Assembly: GCA_964642305.1 (NCBI GenBank)
Contig: CAZXOE010000003.1
Coordinates: 33,685-97,684 of the forward strand
Length of the DNA: 64,000 nt
Origin: an uncultured Candidatus Saccharibacteria bacterium
Lineage (GTDB): Bacteria; Patescibacteriota; Minisyncoccia; Phycocordibacterales; UBA1550
Direction of reading: 5' to 3'
Positions 27,500 to 37,585 of the stretch are shown here, piece by piece. Within the stretch, counting starts at the first letter, position 1. Each line of letters begins with the position of its first letter. A program made the position numbers and the translations under genes. Under the pieces are notes generated by a model. The model had not been told where the DNA came from, did not search any database, and was given only the letters and a program-made list of their open reading frames with translations.

Positions 27500-28246
27500 T
27501 TAACCAGATTGTTCTAGCCACGATTTTATAATTGCCATCTCATCGTCTGCACTCACTGCTTTTTTAAACTTCACAGCACTCACTCCTTTCACGCGCTTCT
27601 CGCACTCATCCCACGTCGCATGTCTCATCAGTTTTCCATTTACCAAACTCAAGTATGAATACGCTTTCACTCCACTCTTTGATTTTGATTTCAGTTTTTT
27701 GCCTGCTAAAAGTTTTGGGTCCCCAGCGTGTGGAACAAGGTCTACAGTGTACTCGCCCCTCATACCATTAAAAAGTTCTGGAACATCATCATCTGCAAAC
27801 ATGGTAGCAATAATATCTGCGCGGTCGTTCCCTTCGATGCCCGCGTGTCCAGGAGTATAGTTCCAAGAAATTTTACATCCACTCATTTGTAAATCTGCAA
27901 CAACTAGAGCAAGTGCTTTCCACAAATCACGATTAAGAACTTCTTCTTTTTTGCTCGTCACCCAATTATTTTTCTCCCAGCCTGCGACCCACTTTGTAAT
28001 GCCGTTGATCACATACTGCGAGTCTACGCGCATGTCTATCGCATACTCCCCACCTAGGTCTCTCACGTACGAAAGCGACTCTATGGCCGCCACTAACTCC
28101 ATCCTATTGTTTGTCGTATGTTTATCACCAGCTCCAAGTTCAGCGACATGTTCGTGTGTCGCAACGATACCCCCCCAACCTCCGGGTCCAGGGTTCCCGC
28201 GTGACGAGCCGTCTGTGTAAATAATTATGTCAGATGATTTTGCCAT
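27500..28246 (-). CDS. rnhA: Ribonuclease HI fused to C-terminal hybrid-binding (Cauli_VI/HBD-like) domain
   Basis: RNase H core (IYTDGSSRGNPGPGGWG, NNRMEL, TPGHAGIEGNDRAD); C-terminal YSYLSLVNGK…WDECEKRVKGVSAVKFKKA resembles HBD. Confidence 0.8.
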   Translation of the reverse strand: MAKSSDIIIYTDGSSRGNPGPGGWGGIVATHEHVAELGAGDKHTTNNRMELVAAIESLSYVRDLGGEYAIDMRVDSQYVINGITKWVAGWEKNNWVTSKKEEVLNRDLWKALALVVADLQMSGCKISWNYTPGHAGIEGNDRADIIATMFADDDVPELFNGMRGEYTVDLVPHAGDPKLLAGKKLKSKSKSGVKAYSYLSLVNGKLMRHATWDECEKRVKGVSAVKFKKAVSADDEMAIIKSWLEQSG

Positions 28247-28255
28247 GTGTTCAGT

Positions 28256-29941
28256 CTACATTTTTTTTACCACCTCTACAATTCTTAGCCGAAGCTCTCT
28301 CTTGTTGCGAAACGTATTAACCTCCATAGTAGCAACTAGGTCAATTATGTCCCCCGTTTTGATCTCTTTGTATTTTTTATCTTCCGCAAAAAATAAAGCT
28401 GCCTTAATTTCTGAATCCTCAAATGAGAGTTCAAGATGCGTTTTTTCTTTTCCAAAAAATCGCGCGTCAGCAATTTTCACTTTTTCAAAAAGAAAAACTG
28501 GTTTTGGATTCGCCATTCCAAACGGCGCAAACTTTTCAATTTGTTTCCAATTTACCCAATTCACTTCCGAGAGCATGAGTGTTGTGTCTACTGAAAGCTG
28601 AGACTCCTCTTTTTCCTTCCGCACCTTTTGATACACCTTCACGAGTTCGTCTTCAAGTGTGTGCACTGCATCATTTAAAACCGTGAAACCTCCAGCTTCT
28701 TCGTGTCCGCCTACGTTAATGAAAACTCCTTCGGGAACAGACGTCATCATATCTACCACATGCACTGTGCCATCCGAACGACACGAACCTTTTATCTCCC
28801 CACTCTCTGTGCGCCCCCATACAAAAATAGTACGCTCGTATTTTTCCACAAGGTTCATCGCAACGAGCCCCACGAGTCCGGGCTTCCACATTGGATTACC
28901 TATAACAATTATTTCTCGGAGTAGTCCACTGAGTTCTCTCGCCTCCAAATGTTTGTTCGCCTCCTTTACCATACTTGCGACGAGTCCCTTGCGCGCGTCG
29001 TTTAGGTGCATCAATTTTTCTGCGCACTCTTTCGCTTCTTCCATCGTCTCTGCTGATAGCAAACGAAATGCATCCATCGGTTCTCCCATTCTGCTCGCCG
29101 CGTTGATTCGTGGGCCGATCATAAAACCAATATCGTCTTCCACGATGTTTGCCTGTGTCATATCCATCTTTGCGAGTAACGCTAGGAGTCCAGGGCGTCG
29201 CGATTTGCGAAGCACCATAAGACCGTATCTTGCGAGCGCGCGATTTTCATTGCGAAGAGGTACCATATCCGCAACAGTGGAAAGTCCCGCCATATCAAGT
29301 AGCCATTTCTCCCAACCTTTTTGCACACCCCACGCTTCCCCACGTCGCGCGAGTAACGCCGAAACAAGCTTCCATGCTACCCCCGCCCCACATAGCATAT
29401 TGTCATGATACGTATCAGATGCCTGTTTTGAATTTATAATTGTATACGCTTTTGGCAAAACATCCTGAGGAAGATGGTGGTCGGTGATAATAAGGTCAAT
29501 CCCGAGCTTTTTTGCGTGGTCCGCCTCTTCCACGTCCACGATTCCGCAATCAATAGTTATGACGACTGTTGCTCCACGCTCTGCAAGGAGATCAAGCGCG
29601 TTATTGTTCAGTCCATAACCCTCAATATTTCGATGTGGAATATACACCTCAAAATTTTCATACTTTATTTTTTTTAGAAAATCATTAAATAACACTGCGC
29701 CGGGAATACCGTCGCAATCGTAGTCCGCATAAATTGCGATACGCTCGTTTGCGTCAATAGCGCGCAAAATACGCTCCACCGCCTTTTCCATATTGAGAAT
29801 CTCAAACGGATCACGCACATCACGATCAAAATCCGGATATAAAAAATGCTCTGCATCGGGGGCGTTAGTAATGCCCCTCTTTTTCAGAAGCGTTTGCACA
29901 AGGTCTGGATAGCCTGAGAGGTCGGATGACATAATTGGCAT
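28256..29941 (-). CDS. recJ: Single-stranded-DNA-specific exonuclease RecJ
   Basis: DHH (ADYDCDGI, DHH) and DHHA1 motifs; 561 aa. Confidence 0.85.
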   Translation of the reverse strand: MPIMSSDLSGYPDLVQTLLKKRGITNAPDAEHFLYPDFDRDVRDPFEILNMEKAVERILRAIDANERIAIYADYDCDGIPGAVLFNDFLKKIKYENFEVYIPHRNIEGYGLNNNALDLLAERGATVVITIDCGIVDVEEADHAKKLGIDLIITDHHLPQDVLPKAYTIINSKQASDTYHDNMLCGAGVAWKLVSALLARRGEAWGVQKGWEKWLLDMAGLSTVADMVPLRNENRALARYGLMVLRKSRRPGLLALLAKMDMTQANIVEDDIGFMIGPRINAASRMGEPMDAFRLLSAETMEEAKECAEKLMHLNDARKGLVASMVKEANKHLEARELSGLLREIIVIGNPMWKPGLVGLVAMNLVEKYERTIFVWGRTESGEIKGSCRSDGTVHVVDMMTSVPEGVFINVGGHEEAGGFTVLNDAVHTLEDELVKVYQKVRKEKEESQLSVDTTLMLSEVNWVNWKQIEKFAPFGMANPKPVFLFEKVKIADARFFGKEKTHLELSFEDSEIKAALFFAEDKKYKEIKTGDIIDLVATMEVNTFRNKRELRLRIVEVVKKM

Positions 29942-30035
29942 TCTACCATATACTAATGTCTATGACTGACCCCAGAAGGAATTTTTACAATCCTCCCTAT
30001 GTGGTTCTATATTAATCATCTTTCTTCCCAACAAA

Positions 30036-30467
30036 ATGACATCAGATAAAAATTCCAACGGGGCAGGCTGTTTATTCTGCAAAATCATTGCTGAGGAAGT
30101 TCCTGGTACCAAAGTCTACGAAGACGACACGGTTCTCGCTTTTCTTGATATCCACCCTGTAAACATCGGGCACACTCTCGTTATACCAAAAGCCCACCAC
30201 GCCAACCTCTACGAAACTCCAGACGAAACACTTGCTCATATGATGACAGTCGTAAAAAGACTTTCTATCGCTGTTAAAGGCGCGCTCAATGCCGATGGAA
30301 TTAATATTGAAATGAACAATGACCCTGTAGCCGGACAGATCATTTTTCACACCCACATCCACATAGTCCCCCGCTTTTCAGGCGATGGCTTCACTCATTG
30401 GCGTGGCGCGCGAGGATACAACGAAGGAGAGATGGCCGAGGTTTCAGAAAAAATCAAGAACTTTTAG
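30036..30467 (+). CDS. HIT family protein
   Basis: Histidine triad FHTHIHIVPR. Confidence 0.8.
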   Translation: MTSDKNSNGAGCLFCKIIAEEVPGTKVYEDDTVLAFLDIHPVNIGHTLVIPKAHHANLYETPDETLAHMMTVVKRLSIAVKGALNADGINIEMNNDPVAGQIIFHTHIHIVPRFSGDGFTHWRGARGYNEGEMAEVSEKIKNF

Positions 30468-30495
30468 TCAAAATTTTTGCATCGGTGGTTTTTAG

Positions 30496-30783
30496 TTGTA
30501 TACTACTCTAGTACCTATGGACGCTTTTGTAAAAATGGATATTTTCTTTTTGGTGACTACTGTCGTGGTTGTTATGCTTGCGATTTTTTTGTCAATCCTT
30601 CTTTTTTATGTACTTCGCACAGCGAAGGATGTAAGTGAGGTGGTGCATATCATACGAAAAGAAAGCGAAAGATTTGCAAAAGGGATTTCATCGGCGCGCC
30701 GGCAAATAAAAAATAGCAACGAAAATATGTTGCAGAAAATTATTGCTTTTATACAATCGTTTACATCTAATAACAAAAAATAG
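30496..30783 (+). CDS. Small membrane protein (single TM + coiled coil)
   Basis: ORF with TM VVVMLAIFLSILLFYVL. Confidence 0.4.
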   Translation: MYTTLVPMDAFVKMDIFFLVTTVVVVMLAIFLSILLFYVLRTAKDVSEVVHIIRKESERFAKGISSARRQIKNSNENMLQKIIAFIQSFTSNNKK

Positions 30784-30786
30784 AAT

Positions 30787-31149
30787 ATGAAGAAAAAAAC
30801 AACAGAAAAAGTGGCTATTGGTGCGGGGGTTGCCACAATCGCAGCTCTCGCCGCGGCAGGATATTTTCTATATGGAAGCAAGGACGGAGCAAAAAATAGA
30901 AAAAAGGTGCGGGGCTGGATGCTCAAGGCAAAAGGTGAAGTACTTGAGGGCGTAGAAAAACTAAAAGACGTTACTGAAGAGCAATACGCGATGGTTGTCG
31001 ATAAGGTTGGAACAAAATACAAAGCTGTAAAAAATATTGACCCAGCGGAAGTAGAAGCAATGGTCAAGGAGCTTCGCGGACACTGGAAGAATATCAAAAA
31101 ATCAATTTCTCCAGCTCCAAAAAAGAAGGCGGTAAAGAAGGCGAAGTAG
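30787..31149 (+). CDS. YtxH-like membrane-anchored coiled-coil protein
   Basis: N-terminal TM + Lys-rich helices. Confidence 0.45.
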   Translation: MKKKTTEKVAIGAGVATIAALAAAGYFLYGSKDGAKNRKKVRGWMLKAKGEVLEGVEKLKDVTEEQYAMVVDKVGTKYKAVKNIDPAEVEAMVKELRGHWKNIKKSISPAPKKKAVKKAK

Positions 31150-31150
31150 A

Positions 31151-31201
31151 GAACAAGAGAAAAGCCCGAACGGCTACGCCGTTCGGGCTTTTCTCTTGTT
31201 C
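31151..31201. terminator. Bidirectional terminator (24-bp perfect stem)
   Basis: gaacaagagaaaagcccgaacggc tacg gccgttcgggcttttctcttgttc. Confidence 0.8.
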
Positions 31202-31203
31202 GT

Positions 31204-32454
31204 TTAATCATGCGTCACATGCTTGTAACCGTACGCAGAAAATGCAATGAACGTTGCGCCAACAAGTAAAGCAGAAATAGGGCTGGCAATTGTTGCAATC
31301 AGTCCACCAAGAAGTGGGGGGAATGCCTGCGCGAGAGCATTTATACTGCTATTGATTCCAAGCACCTCACCCTGAATACCATCCCCCGCGCGACGGCTCA
31401 CAGCGGCAGTAAGATTTGCCATAGACAAACCAACGGACACTGCAAAGAATGGCGCGATAAAGTAGAGCATAAACGGTGTGCTTGCAAAAGCGATGAGCAT
31501 AACACACAAAGAAACTGCTGGGATTGAAACACGAAGAATTTGTTTTTCAGTATAGCGAGCAGTTACTGGCCGAGTAATGAGCGCCTGAGTAAGAACGATA
31601 AAAACTCCCACAAAACTAAAATATGTTCCGATGTCCACCTCACTCATTGCAAAACGATAAACAAGGAGCACACCAAGGAAAGCAGTATAAAATGAAAACC
31701 CAGATTGAAACAAAAAGTTTACTCCAAAAAGCGCGCGAAGCTTTGACGGGCGAAAAGCTTTAGCAATATTCGCAAATGAACGCAGAAGCATAAGCTTCCT
31801 ATGTACTCGCTCAATATTTTTGTTTGTTTCTGGAAGAATATGTACTACCCACAAAACATTCACTCCTGCGAGAAACGAGGAAAACCAAAATGGTGTTGCC
31901 GCGCCAAAGACGCCAAGTCCGTTTGGGTTTGAAAGTATCCCACCAAGCGATGGCCCAAGAATAAACCCTATGCCGAATGCTGCGCCGATAAGTCCAAACC
32001 TTCCTGCGCGAAGGGCTGGCGGAGTGATGTCAGCTATCACTGCCTGCGCTATACCAATATTACCAGCAGACAGACCTCCAGTAATCCGTGCAATAATAAG
32101 TAGTGGCACGCTCTGTATTGCAACACCATAAGCGAAGAGTGCGTATGAGATAGCCCCTCCAGCGAGCGCCCACGGAAGAATAGTTTTACGACCGTATCTA
32201 TCAGATAGTTCTCCAAAAATCGGCGCGGATAGGAACATTCCACCTGCGTACAGCGCTAGCAAAAGCCCAACTAAAAAATATCCGCTCTCTCCATACGCTG
32301 TGCTCGCTAAAATGTAGTGCGGTGACTGTGGGTTTGTAAAAAGCTGAGGTATGACTGGAATAAGAATTCCTATCCCCAGCATGTCAATTAAGACAGTAAT
32401 AAAAACGAGCGGAACAATTTTACGAGCAGGGTCTTTTGGAGTTTGATGGGGCAT
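31204..32454 (-). CDS. MFS transporter
   Basis: 12 TM, GELSDRYGRK MFS motif. Confidence 0.8.
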   Translation of the reverse strand: MPHQTPKDPARKIVPLVFITVLIDMLGIGILIPVIPQLFTNPQSPHYILASTAYGESGYFLVGLLLALYAGGMFLSAPIFGELSDRYGRKTILPWALAGGAISYALFAYGVAIQSVPLLIIARITGGLSAGNIGIAQAVIADITPPALRAGRFGLIGAAFGIGFILGPSLGGILSNPNGLGVFGAATPFWFSSFLAGVNVLWVVHILPETNKNIERVHRKLMLLRSFANIAKAFRPSKLRALFGVNFLFQSGFSFYTAFLGVLLVYRFAMSEVDIGTYFSFVGVFIVLTQALITRPVTARYTEKQILRVSIPAVSLCVMLIAFASTPFMLYFIAPFFAVSVGLSMANLTAAVSRRAGDGIQGEVLGINSSINALAQAFPPLLGGLIATIASPISALLVGATFIAFSAYGYKHVTHD

Positions 32455-32461
32455 AAAATAC

Positions 32462-33658
32462 TTACCTCTTTTTACATCCTAAAATCGCGTCAATACCAAC
32501 AAGCTTGCCGTCGGAAAGAAAGTCTAATGTTGCGCCACCGCCAGTTGATACAAAAGAAAGTTTATTCCCAAGACCGAGCTTCTCCACAATAACCGCCGTG
32601 TCGCCTCCACCTATGATTGAAGTCACTTTTGTATCAGTGATTGCTTTTAAAAGAGCGACTGTAGCCTTGTCAAAACCTCCCTCATAATATCCAAGCGGTC
32701 CATTCCACACTATTAGCTTTGCTTTTTTTAGAATGGGCGCAAGATTTTTAATAGTTTCAGGGCCAACATCAACGATACTGTCGCCAGATGAAATCTCGTT
32801 CAAGTTTTTCACGCTTGTTTTCTTTCCGTCCCCATTTATTACAACGACATCTGTAGGTAAAATTATTTTCCCTTTTTTCAAGAGTGGTGTAAGTTTAAAA
32901 TTGTATTTATCAACAAATGACATCCCCGTTTCAATACCTATGTCATGAAAAAAGTCGTTTGCAAGAACGCCACCAACAAATACATTGTCAGCGATTTTCA
33001 TAAATTTTTTCATCAAGGGCATCTTTGTTTCAAACTTTGCTCCACCCAAAATAAAAAGAAATGGATGCTTTGGTTTGAGCGCAAGTGACAAATTTTTTAT
33101 TTCGTCGGCAATAAGAAATCCTGCATAACTCGGAAGATATTTTGTGATTCCAACCACGGACGCATGCGCACGGTGCGAAACAGCAAACGCATCATTCACA
33201 TACACTTCCCCAAAAGATGCGAGGTACTTTGCAAACTCCTTATCATTCTTTTCTTCTCGTTCGTCAAGTCGAAGATTTTCAAACACCACTACCCCACCCT
33301 CGGGCAAACCCTCTGCAACTGCGCGTGCTGCTTCTGTACAGAAGTCAGGAACGAACCCAACCTTCATTTTCTCCCGCCCACCATCGCCTTTAATTTTTTT
33401 TGAGCGATAGGTGGTGGCGGGCAAGTTATTCAGATATTGCGCGACAGGTTTGAGAGACGATGACGCGTCTTTGCCAATGTGCGAGAGAATAATCACTCGA
33501 GCTTTTTTCTTTACCAAATACTCCACCGTCGGCATTGCGCGGTCAATACGCATTGTTTCAACAATCTTTCCATTCTTAATAGGCACATTAAAGTCTAAGC
33601 GAAGCACCACGCGCTTGCCCTTTAAATTTTTGATGTCTTTTACTGTGGGGAGTTTCAT
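32462..33658 (-). CDS. pgk: Phosphoglycerate kinase
   Basis: RLDFNVP, hinge and ATP-binding motifs; 398 aa. Confidence 0.9.
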   Translation of the reverse strand: MKLPTVKDIKNLKGKRVVLRLDFNVPIKNGKIVETMRIDRAMPTVEYLVKKKARVIILSHIGKDASSSLKPVAQYLNNLPATTYRSKKIKGDGGREKMKVGFVPDFCTEAARAVAEGLPEGGVVVFENLRLDEREEKNDKEFAKYLASFGEVYVNDAFAVSHRAHASVVGITKYLPSYAGFLIADEIKNLSLALKPKHPFLFILGGAKFETKMPLMKKFMKIADNVFVGGVLANDFFHDIGIETGMSFVDKYNFKLTPLLKKGKIILPTDVVVINGDGKKTSVKNLNEISSGDSIVDVGPETIKNLAPILKKAKLIVWNGPLGYYEGGFDKATVALLKAITDTKVTSIIGGGDTAVIVEKLGLGNKLSFVSTGGGATLDFLSDGKLVGIDAILGCKKR

Positions 33659-34426
33659 TTATTTAATATTGTTTGCTGACTTCAAAATTTCGCCAAATAT
33701 TTTAGGGTCCAGACTTGCGCGCCCTACTAGGAGGCCGTTGACTTGGGATTTCAGAAGGAACTCCCATGCATTTTTTGCATCTACCGAACCACCATAAAGT
33801 ATTGGTATTATACTGCCGTCCTTGCCATACATATCCGCAAGAGTTCTTCTTATGAGTATTGAAACTTCAAGAGCATCGTCAGTAGACGCAGGATGGATTG
33901 CATTCTTCCCTATTGCCCATATTGGCTCATATGCAATGACGATTTTTTTGAGTTCCTTTTTTTGGACGCCGTGTAGAGCTTCTTTTATTTGCTCATTTAT
34001 AAATTTTAGATACACTCCGTCTGGGTCGCGATCTCGCTCGCCTGCACAAAGCACAACATTCATTCCTGCTTTTACACCAGCAAGAACTTTTTTGTTTACG
34101 AGCTCATCAGTTTCACCAATCGCTCTGCGTTCTGAATGCCCGACTATAACATACTGCGCTCCGACAGACGCAAGCATTGCGATAGAAACCTCACCTGTAA
34201 AGGCACCTTCAGTTTCAAACCATGCATTTTGTGCGCCTACAGTCACTCGGTGCCCAGTCACCAACTTTTTAAGCTCGCTTACATATACCAATGGCGGACA
34301 AATTACAGTTTGCACATTAGTAAGCTTACTAGCCACCTTCTTGATTGCAGTAAACTTTGCCTTTGCATCCTTCACGCTCGCAGGGTACATTTTCCAGTTA
34401 CCAATGATGAGTTTTTTAGTTTTCAT
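33659..34426 (-). CDS. tpiA: Triosephosphate isomerase
   Basis: GNWKM, AYEPIWAIGTG, GGS motifs. Confidence 0.9.
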   Translation of the reverse strand: MKTKKLIIGNWKMYPASVKDAKAKFTAIKKVASKLTNVQTVICPPLVYVSELKKLVTGHRVTVGAQNAWFETEGAFTGEVSIAMLASVGAQYVIVGHSERRAIGETDELVNKKVLAGVKAGMNVVLCAGERDRDPDGVYLKFINEQIKEALHGVQKKELKKIVIAYEPIWAIGKNAIHPASTDDALEVSILIRRTLADMYGKDGSIIPILYGGSVDAKNAWEFLLKSQVNGLLVGRASLDPKIFGEILKSANNIK

Positions 34427-34452
34427 ATAACCATTATATCACAGGATATAAA

Positions 34453-34512
34453 GTAGCCGAAAATTAAAAAATGAGCCACACTAGTGTGGCCCATTTTTTA
34501 ATTTTCGGCTAT
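34453..34512. terminator. Long hairpin terminator (~27-bp stem) after PilX-like gene
   Basis: tagccgaaaattaaaaaatgagccacac tag tgtggcccattttttaattttcggcta. Confidence 0.75.
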
Positions 34513-35822
34513 TGCCCCTCTTTCCAATCCTGTATATACCATGCCCCACCCGGCCCAGATGTAAAAAGAGCATTCTGCAAACCTTGAGAGTATGTCACAT
34601 TTGCGGTGTTCTCAAGCGTAATTTTGTATGCTGTCACTTCTGCAACTGATGAACTTTGCTTTAGAACAACGTTCCCGTATCGCGCATACAAAAGCACTTC
34701 TACTCCTGCTGCGCTCTGATAAAATGATATAGCTTCGTCATCTCCTGCATCACGCGCTGATGTATTTTCAGAAATAAGCATTATCCAAGAGTTACCACCA
34801 GGCGCGCCATAAAAATTTATAGTTGTACCCTGAATGTCAATTGAACTGCTGTCGTGTCTATCTGTAGGTTTGTCAGCAATCACAACAATGGTCTGACCAA
34901 TAAGCGTGGGGTCCACACGCACAGTTGTTTTACCTTTCAAAACAATATTGCCAGTAACCCATATAGGACCCCGTAATGTTAGTATGGTGATTTCACTAGT
35001 TCCATTGACTTCAAGATCGCAGGGTACTTTTTTGGGACCAAAATTTATACTTGAGTTTATCGTATATTTACCGCCTGAACATGTTACCGTACCGCCTGCA
35101 GTTGCCACATTTTTCCAATTTGTAATATCAGCGTCGCCTATAGGAAAAGCTCCAGCTTCCTGTGGATCAAGCGTATTGCATGTTGACGTAGAAGATCCAG
35201 ATATGCTATTGCAATACGCCTTTCCTGAAATCGTAGAGTTGGTTATTGTGCCAGCATACATGTTGGCCTCTCCGTTATTTCGAATTCCGGAGATTGAACC
35301 ATTAAGCCCTGTTGTACCGCCAGAAATAACTGTCCCAGATATAATATTGTTTGACCCTGTAACAGGCCCCTCTGAATAGAGGTTCCCAGTGATTGTGGAG
35401 CTATTCAGCAAATTTACACCACCTAGGCCAGCCCAAACACCATAAATAAAGGATTCGCCAGTCGTTGTCGTAAGGGTTGATTTCACCCTTCGTGTATTGC
35501 GAAGTATGTCGCCTATTGAACTAATCGTTTTGTTCAAGGAGCTTACCGTTGTGATTGTTGTTGTAGCTGTGTTCCCATTAAGAGTTATGACTTCCTGCGC
35601 GCCGATTGTTTTGTTATTTTTTAGCCTATAAACAGCATCCTCCATTCCAGCCTCGGACAAATAATACGCGCCTTTTGATTTTTCAAAATCCCGCGCTGTC
35701 ACGTACTCGCGTACTACTGGCGACGAAAGTCCGACTGCCATGGTTACGGAAATGACGACAAAGAATATTACAGCTGTTATAATTGCTGCTCCGCGATTAC
35801 GACTAATACGATGTCTCTTCAT
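34509..35822 (-). CDS. PilX-like large minor pilin / pilus-associated protein
   Basis: N-terminus RGAAIITAVIFFVVISVTMAVGL as in PilX; Ser/Thr/Gly/Asn-rich body. Confidence 0.5.
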   Translation of the reverse strand: MKRHRISRNRGAAIITAVIFFVVISVTMAVGLSSPVVREYVTARDFEKSKGAYYLSEAGMEDAVYRLKNNKTIGAQEVITLNGNTATTTITTVSSLNKTISSIGDILRNTRRVKSTLTTTTGESFIYGVWAGLGGVNLLNSSTITGNLYSEGPVTGSNNIISGTVISGGTTGLNGSISGIRNNGEANMYAGTITNSTISGKAYCNSISGSSTSTCNTLDPQEAGAFPIGDADITNWKNVATAGGTVTCSGGKYTINSSINFGPKKVPCDLEVNGTSEITILTLRGPIWVTGNIVLKGKTTVRVDPTLIGQTIVVIADKPTDRHDSSSIDIQGTTINFYGAPGGNSWIMLISENTSARDAGDDEAISFYQSAAGVEVLLYARYGNVVLKQSSSVAEVTAYKITLENTANVTYSQGLQNALFTSGPGGAWYIQDWKEGQ

Positions 35823-35832
35823 AATATATAAA

Positions 35833-36492
35833 TTAGTGCATTGAACCTCTCAATACTATTGTATCATAGTACTTATTTGTTTTTGTAATTCCAGATCTAT
35901 TGTCGGTGAGTGTCATTTCTATTTTTACAGCCTTTGTATTTGTTGTCGTAATCTGCCTAAATATAAGATTGGTAACTGAAACTGTTTTTGTCATAAGTGA
36001 CCCCTGATCTGCGCCGTTAATCTTCATATTTATTTGGTTTCCCGCTGTTACATAAAACTCTACAGTTAAAAGCGTTCCAATCTCATCTTTTGTAAGAACG
36101 GTGAGTCTGCCGGGACTTGTGTCAAACGTGCTATTTGCTGTATTAATATTGTAAGCAGAGCGAATCTCACGGCTCATTCTTTCCATCGCGGTTGTGGCAG
36201 ACTGGCTGATGCTTTGCGTAATCCGTAGCGAGTAAAAAGACCTCATCACCATAATAGTCGCATTGATAGCAACAACTGAAAGTATCGCAAAAAATGCGAT
36301 ATAAATAATCATTTCAACTAGAGTGAACCCCCTACACCAACTTTGATGCTGCTTTTTTGTTTCGCCACTATTTTTCATCGGAAACACAGTATGAACAAAA
36401 GTCATAAACTTCGCTCGGTATATATCCAAAAAGCGAAACTGCATCAAAGTTGGTGTGGGGGTGAACCCAGTTTTTTTTCTAGAGCCTTTCAT
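35833..36492 (-). CDS. Type IV pilin-like protein (pseudopilin); true start probably MKNSGE at ~36378
   Basis: Prepilin motif RG|FTLVEMIIYIAFFAIL; the annotated 5' extension overlaps a palindromic element. Confidence 0.6.
   Translation of the reverse strand: MKGSRKKTGFTPTPTLMQFRFLDIYRAKFMTFVHTVFPMKNSGETKKQHQSWCRGFTLVEMIIYIAFFAILSVVAINATIMVMRSFYSLRITQSISQSATTAMERMSREIRSAYNINTANSTFDTSPGRLTVLTKDEIGTLLTVEFYVTAGNQINMKINGADQGSLMTKTVSVTNLIFRQITTTNTKAVKIEMTLTDNRSGITKTNKYYDTIVLRGSMH
36323..36468. repeat. Palindromic MITE-like element, GGTGTGGGGGT family copy 3 (27-bp TIR); left arm encodes the pseudopilin leader peptide
   Basis: gtgaaccccctacaccaactttgatgc / gcatcaaagttggtgtgggggtgaaccc. Confidence 0.6.
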
Positions 36493-36493
36493 G

Positions 36494-37006
36494 CTAATTG
36501 TTAAATAAATTAATTACATACGTCTGAATTGAACGCGTTGTGGTTCCAACAGATGGTGTCCACCACGCCACGGACACAGTAACAAGTTTTGCGTCTGGAT
36601 CATAAACACCAGTTGGGGAAATATCTTTAGAAATTGAGTCGCGTTTCACATCTTCAAGAGTGAACTTTCGCTCAAATCTTCCGTCTACGATTACCTTTGT
36701 AGTCGTCGTAGCCCAGTTTGTTCCATTCCATGAAAAATAGTAGGTGGTTGATGTAGACATATTTTTAAAATTGCTTGTGTAACTCATATCACGAAAAAGT
36801 TTAGTTACCTCAATTCCTTCTTCAAGAAGATAATCCCCTTGAACAGCAGATTCTGTAATCCCGCTCGTGCGAAGCACTGTATGAAAAAACCCAGAGATAC
36901 CAAATAGCGCAACAGAGAGAACAGCAGAGCCGATGACAACCTCCACAAGCCCAAAACCTTTTTTATTGAGAGAAGTATTCATGTAAAAAGTATACCCCCA
37001 CACCAA
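36494..37006 (-). CDS. Type IV pilin-like protein; true start probably MNTSLNKKGFGLVEV
   Basis: Prepilin-like KKG|FGLVEVVIGSAVLSV. Confidence 0.5.
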   Translation of the reverse strand: MVWGYTFYMNTSLNKKGFGLVEVVIGSAVLSVALFGISGFFHTVLRTSGITESAVQGDYLLEEGIEVTKLFRDMSYTSNFKNMSTSTTYYFSWNGTNWATTTTKVIVDGRFERKFTLEDVKRDSISKDISPTGVYDPDAKLVTVSVAWWTPSVGTTTRSIQTYVINLFNN

Positions 37007-37110
37007 CTTTTTACATAATATTTTGGCTCACTTTTTTTACGCAAATGGTAATGTCTCATTTTAATGTTAAATATGCTAAGTAAAAGTTGGTGTGGGGGTA
37101 TATCATGGAT
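36986..37110. repeat. Palindromic MITE-like element, GGTGTGGGGGT family copy 4; termini carry outward TATACT/TATATC -10-like boxes
   Basis: aaagtataccccccacaccaactttttac / gtaaaagttggtgtgggggtatat; rc of left end gives GGTGTGGGGGTATACT-N6-ATG of pilin gene. Confidence 0.6.
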
Positions 37111-37116
37111 ACAATT

Positions 37117-37581
37117 CTAGTATATCGTCGCTATACCGGTCGGAAGAATTAGCACTGTCGTGCTTGATGTTGTGCCTGTGACCAAAAGCGTAGTGGTGGC
37201 ATTTTGTGTTGTCGCTCCGGTGATTTTCTTAAACAAAACTTCTGCGCCTCCGCCGTTTATTGCAATACTGGAAAGAGTAAGCCCTGTGCTAAATGTATGA
37301 GTTTCGTTTGTTGGTTCGGAATCGGAATATGTGTCCCCTCTGAACAACACAGCTTTGCTAGACTCAAGATGAATTCCATACCTATCGTCATCCTTTGAGG
37401 AAACCGAAAGTAGGCGCGCGCGGTTGATGAGCGTCACAAGATTCATAGTGTCTGTGTTTAGAAGACTGCTCCTGCGAAAATTCATAAAAGAAGGTAAAAT
37501 TGTCGCCAAAAGAATTGCGAGGATTGCGATCACAATCATTACCTCAAGCGCCGTAAATCCCCGTAAGAGTTTATTCTGCAT
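37117..37581 (-). CDS. Type IV pilin (PilA/pseudopilin-like)
   Basis: MQNKLLRG|FTALEVMIVIAILAILLA class III signal. Confidence 0.7.
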   Translation of the reverse strand: MQNKLLRGFTALEVMIVIAILAILLATILPSFMNFRRSSLLNTDTMNLVTLINRARLLSVSSKDDDRYGIHLESSKAVLFRGDTYSDSEPTNETHTFSTGLTLSSIAINGGGAEVLFKKITGATTQNATTTLLVTGTTSSTTVLILPTGIATIY

Positions 37582-37585
37582 TATA

